Assembly: GCA_047974395.1 (NCBI GenBank)
Contig: JBKECG010000326.1
Location: 1-24,204 of the forward strand
Source: Pikeienuella sp.
GTDB taxonomy: Bacteria > Pseudomonadota > Alphaproteobacteria > Rhodobacterales > Rhodobacteraceae
Reading direction: 5' to 3'
DNA length: 24,204 bases
The notes beneath the pieces are model-generated. The model worked only from the letters and a program-made list of their open reading frames with translations. It did not search any database and was not told the DNA's origin. The stretch's first letter is position 1, and each line of letters begins with the position of its first letter. Positions 1 through 7,607 of the stretch are shown one piece after another. A program made the translations under genes and the position numbers.

Positions 1-904
1 AGCCCTCGTCCCGTGTGCGGATATTGATGTTGAAATCATCATCCGGCGCCGCGCAGGAGCCACAGCGATTGCGCTCGAACGAGTCCAGTTCGCTGGTCCG
101 GTGCAGGGCCGAGACGCCCGCGCCCGCATTCTCCACCTGATGCGCGCCGCGCAGCGCCGCAGGGTCCATGTCCAGAAGCCCGGCCTCGTCGCGATAGACC
201 AGCCGCCCATCCTCCGCCGTCGCGCTCCAGTCGCGCCCCGAGATCAGGAGCGGCGCGCCCAGCGCCGCCGCCCGCGCCTCGATCGCCTCCAGCGCCGCAT
301 CGGGCTGCGCGGCGACGACGCAGGGCGCGCCGCGCTTGAGGATCCCCGCCTTCTCGCCGGCGATCTCGGCGATGGTCTCGCCCAGATATTGCTGATGGTC
401 AAGCGAGATCGGGGTGATGACGGTCAGCGCCGGCCGCGCGACCACATTGGTCGTGTCGAGCCGCCCGCCAAGACCGACCTCCAGCAGCAGATGATCCGCC
501 TTGGTCCGGGCGAAAGCCAGAAGCGCGGCGGCGGTGGTGATCTCGAAAAAGGTGATCTCCTGGCCCGCGTTCACCGCCTCGCATTCGGCCAGGACGGCGC
601 AAAGCGCCGCTTCGCCGATCTCTTCGCCGGCGACGCGGATCCGCTCGTGAAAACGGGCGAGATGGGGCGAGGTGTAGACATGCGCGGTCTCGCCCGCCGC
701 CTCGATCCCGGCGCGGATCACGGCGATGGTGGAGCCCTTGCCGTTGGTCCCGGCGACATGGACCACCGGCGGCAGGTCCCGCTCCGGGTGGCCGAGCCGC
801 GCCAGAAGCCGCTCGATCCGCTCCAGCGACAGGTCGATGATCTTCGGATGAAGCGTCAGCAGCCTGTCGAGAATGAGGTCGGAGCCGGCCGGCCCGTCGC
901 TCAC
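1..904 (-). CDS. folC: Bifunctional folylpolyglutamate synthase / dihydrofolate synthase FolC, N-terminal about 300 aa (gene continues beyond window start)
   Basis: Manual minus-strand translation from GTG at 904 gives VSDGPAGSDLILDRLLTLHPKIIDLSLERIERLL...HVAGTNGKGST... (P-loop GTNGKGS typical of Mur-ligase/FolC) with no stop to position 1. GTG overlaps the accD stop (GTGA), the classical accD-folC arrangement. The + strand ORF 101..1204 in the track is its shadow. Confidence 0.8.
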   Translation of the reverse strand, partial: MSDGPAGSDLILDRLLTLHPKIIDLSLERIERLLARLGHPERDLPPVVHVAGTNGKGSTIAVIRAGIEAAGETAHVYTSPHLARFHERIRVAGEEIGEAALCAVLAECEAVNAGQEITFFEITTAAALLAFARTKADHLLLEVGLGGRLDTTNVVARPALTVITPISLDHQQYLGETIAEIAGEKAGILKRGAPCVVAAQPDAALEAIEARAAALGAPLLISGRDWSATAEDGRLVYRDEAGLLDMDPAALRGAHQVENAGAGVSALHRTSELDSFERNRCGSCAAPDDDFNINIRTRDEG

Positions 905-1836
905 GCTTTCTTGTCCTTCGGTTTTTCGGCCCCGGCCTCCGGCTTCGCTTCCGGCGTCGGCGCGGGCAGATCGCCAATGATGCGCGGCGGCATGTTCAGC
1001 AGAAGCCGCAGCATCGTCGCCAGCTCGTCCCTGAGCGCGCGCCGGTCGATCACCATGTCGAGCATGCCATGCTCAAGCAGGTATTCGGCGCGCTGGAACC
1101 CGTCCGGCAGTTTCTCGCGGATGGTCTGCTCGATCACCCGCGGCCCGGCGAAGCAGATCAGCGCGTTCGGCTCCGCGATCTGGATATCGCCCAGCATGGC
1201 GTAGGAGGCCGTGACCCCGCCGGTGGTCGGATGGGTGAGAATGGTGATGAAGGGAAGACCCGCCTCCTTCACCATCTCCACCGCGACGGTGGTGCGGGGC
1301 ATCTGCATCAGCGAGAGGATCCCCTCCTGCATCCGCGCGCCGCCGGCGGCGCGGTCGACGATCAGCGGCGCGCGGCGTTTCACCGCCTCCTTCGCCGCGG
1401 CGATCAGCGCGTTGCCGACCGCGACGCCCATGGAGCCGGCCATGAAGCTGAAATCCTGCGCCGCGGCGACGACAGCGACCCCGCCGATCGCGCCATGGGC
1501 GACCAGCATCGCCTCCTGCTCGCCGGTGGCCTTGCGCGCCTCGCGCAGGCGTTCGGGATAGCGTTTCTGATCGCGAAAGCCGAGCGGATCGGGTTTCGCC
1601 TCGGGCGTCTTGATCTCGACCAGAACCCCATTGTCAAAGAGCGCCGTCAGCCGATCGCGCGGGGTGATCGCCATGTGATGATCGCAGGACAGGCAGACAT
1701 TGAGATTTTCGGCCAGTTCGCGGTGAAAGATCATCTGGCCGCAATCATCGCATTTGGACCAGAGATTCTCCGGCATCTCGCGCCGGGAAAAGAGCGAGTT
1801 GATCTTCGGCCGGACATAGTTCGAGATCCAGTTCAT
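901..1836 (-). CDS. accD: Acetyl-CoA carboxylase carboxyltransferase beta subunit
   Basis: 311-aa ORF with an N-terminal Zn-ribbon (CDDCGQ...CLSCDHH) and the carboxyltransferase core (MGGSMG-like, AGPRVIEQTIREKLPDGFQRAEYLLEHGMLD). Followed by folC with a 4-nt overlap. Confidence 0.93.
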   Translation of the reverse strand: MNWISNYVRPKINSLFSRREMPENLWSKCDDCGQMIFHRELAENLNVCLSCDHHMAITPRDRLTALFDNGVLVEIKTPEAKPDPLGFRDQKRYPERLREARKATGEQEAMLVAHGAIGGVAVVAAAQDFSFMAGSMGVAVGNALIAAAKEAVKRRAPLIVDRAAGGARMQEGILSLMQMPRTTVAVEMVKEAGLPFITILTHPTTGGVTASYAMLGDIQIAEPNALICFAGPRVIEQTIREKLPDGFQRAEYLLEHGMLDMVIDRRALRDELATMLRLLLNMPPRIIGDLPAPTPEAKPEAGAEKPKDKKA

Positions 1837-1921
1837 GTCGTCTCCGGTCGTCTTCCGGTCTGGCGCGCCGCGCGCCGGCGGTAAATAGTCGCCCCGATGC
1901 GCGATTGCAACGAGGGGTCAC

Positions 1922-2383
1922 ATGCTCGTCCTGAAGCGAAGCTGTCCCGGATCATGGGTCGATTTCAACGGCCATATGCGGGACGCCTACTATCTTCTTC
2001 TGGTAAGCTTCGCCAATGACCGGCTCATGGAGGAGCTGGGCATGGGCCCTGCCTATCTGAAACTAACCGGGCGGACGCTCTACAATCTCGACACGCGGGC
2101 GCGCTATCTGAAGGAGGCGCGTCGGGGCGATCCCCTGCGGGTGGAGATGCGCCTGCTGGCGGCGGATGAAAAGCGCCTGCACCTTCATGCGCTGATCCGC
2201 CATGACGAGACCGGGGCGGCGATGGCGGTGGTCGAGGAGGTGCTTTTGCATGTGGATCAGGCGGCGGGGCCGGGCGCGGCGCCCTTCCCGGCCGATATCG
2301 CCGCGCTGGTGAGGGCCCGGCTGGCGCGGGACGCGGGGCCGGCGCCCGCGATCCGCACCGGCGGCGTCGGTCTCGCGCGATGA
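1922..2383 (+). CDS. Hotdog-fold acyl-CoA thioesterase (4HBT/YbgC-like)
   Basis: 153-aa ORF with SWVDFNGHMRDAYYLLL, typical of the 4HBT thioesterase N-terminus (VDxNGHVNNAxY). GAGGGG RBS 5 nt upstream of the ATG. Divergent from accD. Confidence 0.65.
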   Translation: MLVLKRSCPGSWVDFNGHMRDAYYLLLVSFANDRLMEELGMGPAYLKLTGRTLYNLDTRARYLKEARRGDPLRVEMRLLAADEKRLHLHALIRHDETGAAMAVVEEVLLHVDQAAGPGAAPFPADIAALVRARLARDAGPAPAIRTGGVGLAR

Positions 2384-2491
2384 GCGCCACCCCTCCGATG
2401 TGACGCGGATCACGGCGCGGGCGGGCCGAGACTGGCTTCGCCGCGAATGATCGCCATCTGACGAGCAAGAGATTGTTCAAGGAGCGAAACC

Positions 2492-2713
2492 ATGCCGATC
2501 GTCCCGTTTCATCGCATCGTCGACAACACGCTCTATGGCGCGGAGACGCCGGCGGGCGCGGCGGACAGCATCTGGTTCGACCTCGACGCGCCCGTCCGGG
2601 CGGCTGACGCGCCGGAGCCGCCGCCGTCCGACGCCGGAGCCTACCTCCCGCCGGAGATCGACGATGAAGTGATCCTGTTCGCGTGGCGAGATCCGGGCGA
2701 CGCGCTCTTCTGA
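2492..2713 (+). CDS. Small hypothetical protein (73 aa, acidic/proline-rich C-terminal half)
   Basis: Strong Shine-Dalgarno AAGGAG 7 nt upstream of ATG 2492. Clean ORF with genome-typical codon usage. No recognisable motif. Confidence 0.5.
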   Translation: MPIVPFHRIVDNTLYGAETPAGAADSIWFDLDAPVRAADAPEPPPSDAGAYLPPEIDDEVILFAWRDPGDALF

Positions 2714-2782
2714 CCGCCCACCCTTGCCCCCGGCGGCGCCCCGCTCTACCAACGCTGGAACGTGGACAGGGGAGCATCGGCG

Positions 2783-3640
2783 ATGAGCAAGCGCGCAATC
2801 TGGACCTGGCATGAGGGCGCATGGCGCGAAGGCGATGCGCCGATCCTCGGGGCGAGCGATCATGGCGCCTGGCTCGGCTCGATGGTCTTCGACGGCGCCC
2901 GCGCCTTTGACGGTATGACCCCCGATCTTGATCTGCATTGCGCCCGCGCCAACGAGAGCGCGCGGCGCATGGGGCTGATCCCGACGCATACGGATGAGGA
3001 GGCGACCGCCATCGCCCGCGAGGGCGTCGCGAAATTCCCCGCCGGCGCGCATCTCTATATCCGTCCGATGCTCTGGGCGAAATCCGGCGGCGGCCTGATG
3101 ATCGCGCCGGACCCTGAAAGCACGCGCTTCGCGATCTGCATCGAGGAGCTGCCGATGCCGGAGCCGAAGGGGATCACCCTCGGCCAGACCAGCTTTCGCC
3201 GCCCGACGCCGGACTGCATGCCGGTGGACGCCAAAGCGGCCTGTCTCTATCCGAACAACGCCCGGATGCTGCGCGAGGTCGCGGCCCGCGGCTTCCAGAA
3301 CGCCATCGTCCGCGACGCGATCGGCAATATCGCGGAGACCGCCACCTCCAACATCTTCATGGCGAAGGACGGGGAGGTCTTCACCCCAATCCCCTCCGGC
3401 TGTTTCCTGAACGGCATCACCCGCCAGCGGGTGATCGGACTTTTGCGCGCCGATGGGGTGAAGGTGCATGAGCAATCGCTGCGGATGGAGGATTTTCTCG
3501 GCGCGGACGAGATCTTCACCACCGGGAACGCGATGAAGGTGATGCATGCGACCCGGCTGGAGGATCGCGACTATCAGTACGGCCCGCTCGCCCGAAGGGC
3601 GCGCGATCTCTACTGGGATTACGCGGCGGGCGCGGCGTGA
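2783..3640 (+). CDS. ilvE: Class IV aminotransferase, branched-chain amino acid aminotransferase-like (short IlvE form)
   Basis: IWTWHEGAWREGDAPILGASDHGAWLGSMVFDGARAF and SNIFMAKDGEVFTPIPSGCFLNGITRQRVI match fold-type IV PLP enzymes (BCAT/DAAT/PabC family). Start placed at ATG 2783 (GGGGAG RBS); the track's longer ORF starts at 2762. The stop overlaps the next gene's GTG (GTGA). Confidence 0.8.
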   Translation: MSKRAIWTWHEGAWREGDAPILGASDHGAWLGSMVFDGARAFDGMTPDLDLHCARANESARRMGLIPTHTDEEATAIAREGVAKFPAGAHLYIRPMLWAKSGGGLMIAPDPESTRFAICIEELPMPEPKGITLGQTSFRRPTPDCMPVDAKAACLYPNNARMLREVAARGFQNAIVRDAIGNIAETATSNIFMAKDGEVFTPIPSGCFLNGITRQRVIGLLRADGVKVHEQSLRMEDFLGADEIFTTGNAMKVMHATRLEDRDYQYGPLARRARDLYWDYAAGAA

Positions 3641-4041
3641 GCGCGGCGCAGGCGCTGGTCGCGCGCTATTACGCGGCCTTCAACGCCGGCGACGCCGAAG
3701 GGATGCTCGCCTGTCTGACCGAAGATGTCCGCCATGACGTCAATCAGGGCGAGACGCGGCTAGGCAAAACGGCCTTCGCCGAATTCTGCGCCCATATGAC
3801 GCGCTGCTACCGCGAGGAGCTGACCGACATGGTCATCATCGCCTCGGCCGACGACGCCCGCGTGGCGGCGGAATTCATCGTGAACGGCGCCTATATCGCC
3901 ACGGACGAGGGGCTGCCGGAGGCGAAGGGGCAGACATACAAGCTGCCGGGCGGCGCGTTTTTCGAGGTCGATGGCGGGATGATCACGCGGGTCACCACCT
4001 ATTACAACCTGCCCGAATGGATCTCCCAGGTCTCGAAATGA
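3637..4041 (+). CDS. NTF2-like / SnoaL-like (ketosteroid-isomerase fold) protein
   Basis: 134 aa, ALVARYYAAFNAGDAEGMLACLTEDV... typical of the SnoaL/NTF2-like N-terminus. GTG start overlapping the upstream stop; its stop is overlapped by the next ATG (ATGA). Confidence 0.7.
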   Translation: MSAAQALVARYYAAFNAGDAEGMLACLTEDVRHDVNQGETRLGKTAFAEFCAHMTRCYREELTDMVIIASADDARVAAEFIVNGAYIATDEGLPEAKGQTYKLPGGAFFEVDGGMITRVTTYYNLPEWISQVSK

Positions 4042-4634
4042 CGACAGGGGCGCTGCGCGTCGCGCCGATCCCCGACAAGGCGCGCGCGGCGGCGCTGCCG
4101 GAAGTCGCGCGGCTCAGGATCGGGGTCTTTCGCGACTGGCCCTATCTCTATGACGGCGATCCCGGTTACGAGGCGCGCTATCTCGCCCCCTACGCCGCCA
4201 GCGCCGGCGCGATCATTGTCGGCGCCTGGGCCGGGGAGCGGATGGTCGGCGCCTCCACCGGCGCGCCGCTGGAGGATCACGCCGAAGCCTTCGGCGCCCC
4301 GTTCCGCGCCGGCGGCTGGGCGCTGGAGGATTTCTATTACTGCGCCGAATCGGTGCTGCTGCCCGACTGGCGCGGCCATGGCGCCGGACGCGCCTTTTTC
4401 GCCGCGCGAGAGGCGAAGGCGAGGGCGATGGGGCGGGCGAAGACCTGTTTCTGCGCCGTGATCCGGCCCGAAGACCATCCCGCGCGCCCGGCCGGCTATC
4501 GCCCGCTCGACGGGTTCTGGCGCGCCATCGGCTATCAGCCGGTCGAAGGGCTGGTCGCCCGGCTGGGCTGGAAGGATATCGGCGACGCCGAAGAGACCGA
4601 AAAAGAGCTTCAATTCTGGATGAGGACTCTCTGA
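4038..4634 (+). CDS. GNAT-family N-acetyltransferase
   Basis: About 198 aa from ATG 4038 (overlaps the upstream stop). The acetyl-CoA-binding-like segment ...LLPDWRGHGAGRAFFAAREAKARAMG... (R/Q-x-x-G-x-G/A) fits the GNAT fold. The track ORF starts 21 nt earlier inside the previous gene. Confidence 0.7.
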   Translation: MTTGALRVAPIPDKARAAALPEVARLRIGVFRDWPYLYDGDPGYEARYLAPYAASAGAIIVGAWAGERMVGASTGAPLEDHAEAFGAPFRAGGWALEDFYYCAESVLLPDWRGHGAGRAFFAAREAKARAMGRAKTCFCAVIRPEDHPARPAGYRPLDGFWRAIGYQPVEGLVARLGWKDIGDAEETEKELQFWMRTL

Positions 4635-5518
4635 TGCCCCGCATCGCCGCCGCCGCCTATCCGCTCTCGCCGCTCGGGGACTGGGCCGCTTACGAGGCGA
4701 AACTCGCGCGCTGGATCGGCGAGGCCGCCGGGAAGGGCGCGGAATTGCTGGTCTTTCCCGAATATGGCGGCGCCGAACTGGCGACGCTGGGCGGGAAAAG
4801 CTGGGGCGAGGATCATTTCGGCGCCATCGACGCGATCACCGCGCATCTGGATCAGGCGGAGGCGATCCTCGCCCGGCTCGCCGCGGCGCATGGCGTCCAT
4901 ATCCTCTCCGGCTCCGCCCCGATCCGCGAGAACGGGCTGATCCTCAACCGCGCCGCGCTGATCGGGCCTTCGGGCGCGCTCGGCCATCAGGACAAGATGA
5001 CGCCCACCCGGTGGGAGCGCGAGGCGCTCGGCATGAAAGGCGGCGCGGGGCTCCGGCTTTTCGAGACCGGCCTCGGGCGCATCGGCGTCGCCATCTGCTA
5101 TGACAGCGAATTCCCGCTGATCGCCCGGTCGCTGGTCGATGCCGGCGCGGATCTGCTGCTCGCCCCTTCCTGCACGGAAACCGAGGCCGGCTACTGGCGC
5201 GTCAGGATCGGGGCGATGGCGCGGGCGCTGGAGAACCAGTTCTGGGTCGCCCATGCGCCGCTGATCGGGAAGAATGACTGGGCGGAGATGATCGAGAGCA
5301 ACACCGGCGCCGCCGCCATCTACGGCCCGCCCGATCTCGGCTTTCCCGCCGACGGGATCGCCGCCCTTGGCGAGCGGGACGCGCCCGGCTGGGTGATCGC
5401 CGATTGCGCCCCCGAACCGGTCGCGCGGGTGCGCCGCGAAGGCGGGGTGCTGAACCACGCCCATTGGCGCGAGCAGGATGAGCGCCTCGCCCGCGTGGAG
5501 ACCGTCACGATCGGTTGA
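4634..5518 (+). CDS. Carbon-nitrogen hydrolase (nitrilase superfamily; omega-amidase/Nit2-like)
   Basis: 294 aa with the catalytic triad context VFPEYGG (Glu), HQDKM (Lys) and GVAICYDSEFP (Cys). ATG overlaps the GNAT stop (TGATG). Confidence 0.85.
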   Translation: MPRIAAAAYPLSPLGDWAAYEAKLARWIGEAAGKGAELLVFPEYGGAELATLGGKSWGEDHFGAIDAITAHLDQAEAILARLAAAHGVHILSGSAPIRENGLILNRAALIGPSGALGHQDKMTPTRWEREALGMKGGAGLRLFETGLGRIGVAICYDSEFPLIARSLVDAGADLLLAPSCTETEAGYWRVRIGAMARALENQFWVAHAPLIGKNDWAEMIESNTGAAAIYGPPDLGFPADGIAALGERDAPGWVIADCAPEPVARVRREGGVLNHAHWREQDERLARVETVTIG

Positions 5519-5527
5519 GCCGCCGGC

Positions 5528-6070
5528 TCAGCCCGGTTTCGGCGCGGCGGCGAAACCGCCGAACATCCCGTCGCAATAAAGCAGCGGGTCGCAGTTTTCC
5601 GCCCGGCTGGCCCGGTCCACCCGTCCGATCAGGATACAATGGCTGCCGTAATCCATATGCCTGTCGAGCCGGCACACCAGCAGCGCCTGCCCGCCCTCAA
5701 GCGCCGGCAAGCCGTCAAGCACCGGATCGGGCGCGCTGATCGCGCTCCATTCGCCCCTGGTGAAGCGCGCCTCGCCCCGCGTCGCGGCGAGATGGGCGCC
5801 AAGCCCGACCTCATCGGCGCCGAGAATGCCGAGGGTGAAGGCCCCGCGCCCGATCAGCGCCTGATGCGCGGCGGCGGACCTGTTCACGCAGACCAGAAGC
5901 GAAGGCGGGTCCATCGAAAGCGAGGTGACGGCGGTCGCCAGCATGGCGCGGCGCTCGCCCTCATGTTCGGTCGCGACCACCGCGACGGTGCCGGCCACGC
6001 CGCGCCACACCTTGCGGAACGGCTCCGCGGCGCCGGGGCCGACCTCCAGCAAATCCTTCACATGCAACAT
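5528..6070 (-). CDS. Flavin reductase-like (NAD(P)H:FMN oxidoreductase, split-barrel) protein
   Basis: FRKVWRGVAGTVAVVATEHEGERRAMLATAVTSLSMDPPSLLVCVNRSAAAHQALI is typical of flavin reductase domain proteins (HpaC/RutF-like). Start chosen at ATG 6070 (MLHVKDL...). The track ORF extends to a TTG at 6118. Confidence 0.8.
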   Translation of the reverse strand: MLHVKDLLEVGPGAAEPFRKVWRGVAGTVAVVATEHEGERRAMLATAVTSLSMDPPSLLVCVNRSAAAHQALIGRGAFTLGILGADEVGLGAHLAATRGEARFTRGEWSAISAPDPVLDGLPALEGGQALLVCRLDRHMDYGSHCILIGRVDRASRAENCDPLLYCDGMFGGFAAAPKPG

Positions 6071-6242
6071 CTTCGCCTGCTCATTCTTTCCCGGCCGTAA
6101 TCGGCCGTAATCTGTCAATCCCAGAAAAAGCCATCCCGCCCCGAATTTGAAGAGGTGGAATCCCGATTCCGCAAATTGACAGCATCAGCCCCTTCGCCGA
6201 AGCATGCCGGCGCCGTTTTTAAAACCCGGAAGGAGCGGAGAG

Positions 6243-7595
6243 ATGAAGGATTCGAATTTCCTGCGCGAGAACAACGCCCGGCATCTCTGGCATCCGATGG
6301 CTCATCCGGCCGATTCGCTCGCCAATGCGCCGACGATCGTGACCGGCGCCTCCGGCGTCAGGATAACCGATCTCGACGGGCATGAGACCATCGACGCGGT
6401 CGGCGGGCTCTGGAACGTCAATCTCGGCTTCTCCTGCCAGCCGGTGAAGGATGCGATCGCGGCGCAACTGGACCGGCTGCCCTATTACTCGACCTTTCGC
6501 GGCGCCTCGAACGACGCGGCGATCGAACTGAGCTGGATGCTGAAGGAATTCTTCGCCCCGGACGGGCTCAGCCGCGCCTTCTTCACCTCCGGCGGCGGCG
6601 ACAGCATGGAGACGGCGCTGCGCCTCGCCCGGCAATATCACAAGATCCGGGGCGAGGCCGGGCGGGTGAAATACATCTCGCTGAAGAAGGGCTATCACGG
6701 CACCCACACCGGCGCCGCCAGCGTGAACGGCAACGCCAATTTCCGCACCCAGTACGAACCGCTGCTGCCCGGCTGCTATCACATCCCCGCGCCCTACGCC
6801 TATCGCAACCCGTTCAACGAGACCGACCCGGCGAAGCTGGCGCAGCTCTGCGCCGCGGCGCTGGAGGACGAGATCGGCTTTCAGGGCGCCAACACCGTCG
6901 CCGCCTTCATCATGGAGCCGGTTCTGGGCGCCGGCGGGGTGATCCCGCCGCATGAGAGCTTCATGCCGATGGCGCGCGAGATCTGCTCGCGCCACGGGAT
7001 CCTGCTGATCGCGGACGAGGTGATCACCGGTTTCGGGCGCACCGGCTCCTGGACCGGCTCGCGCCATTGGGGGGTGAAGCCGGACATGGCCTGCACCGCG
7101 AAGGCGATCACCAACGGCTATTTCCCCTTCGGCGCGGTGATGATCGCCGATGCGGTGGCCGAGGTTTTCGAACAGGACAGGACCGGCGCCGGCGCCATCG
7201 GCCATGGCTACACCTATTCCGGCCACCCGGTCGGGGCCGCCGCCGCCATCGCCTGCCTGAAGGAAACCGAGCGGCTGAAGGTGAACGAGAACGCCGCCGC
7301 ACGCGGGGCCGAGCTTTTCGCCGGGCTGAAGGCGCTGGCGGAGAAACACGCGATCGTCGGCGACGTGCGCGGCGGGCACGGGCTGATGTGCGCGCTGGAG
7401 CTGGTCTCCGACCCCGCGGCGAAAACGCCGATCGGCAAGGACGCCATCGCGCGGGCGCATGAGGCCGCCTATCGCGCCGGGGTGATGATCCGCGTCTCCG
7501 GCCCGAACATCATCCTGTCCCCGCCCCTCGTGATCGACGCGGACGATATCGCGAAAGTGCTGTCGGCGCTGGATCTGGGGCTTTCCGCCGCCTGA
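6243..7595 (+). CDS. Class III PLP aminotransferase (omega-amino acid:pyruvate transaminase-like)
   Basis: 450 aa from ATG 6243 (GGAAGGAG RBS). Motifs FTSGGGDSMETALRLARQY, FIMEPVLGAGGVIPP, LLIADEVITGFGRTG, ACTAKAITNG (PLP-Lys region) match the aspartate aminotransferase family class III (SpuC/omega-TA-like). Confidence 0.88.
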   Translation: MKDSNFLRENNARHLWHPMAHPADSLANAPTIVTGASGVRITDLDGHETIDAVGGLWNVNLGFSCQPVKDAIAAQLDRLPYYSTFRGASNDAAIELSWMLKEFFAPDGLSRAFFTSGGGDSMETALRLARQYHKIRGEAGRVKYISLKKGYHGTHTGAASVNGNANFRTQYEPLLPGCYHIPAPYAYRNPFNETDPAKLAQLCAAALEDEIGFQGANTVAAFIMEPVLGAGGVIPPHESFMPMAREICSRHGILLIADEVITGFGRTGSWTGSRHWGVKPDMACTAKAITNGYFPFGAVMIADAVAEVFEQDRTGAGAIGHGYTYSGHPVGAAAAIACLKETERLKVNENAAARGAELFAGLKALAEKHAIVGDVRGGHGLMCALELVSDPAAKTPIGKDAIARAHEAAYRAGVMIRVSGPNIILSPPLVIDADDIAKVLSALDLGLSAA

Positions 7596-7607
7596 ACGCG
7601 GCGGCGC

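Noticed and set aside
101-1204. 367-aa plus-strand ORF spanning folC/accD
   Set aside because: Antisense to the real minus-strand folC (GTNGKGS P-loop frame) and accD. Arg-rich, no motifs.
2477-3547. 356-aa minus-strand ORF opposite the class IV aminotransferase
   Set aside because: Shadow ORF; Arg-rich nonsense composition.
6219-7460. 413-aa minus-strand ORF opposite the class III aminotransferase
   Set aside because: Shadow ORF. The aminotransferase frame has PLP-enzyme motifs and an RBS.
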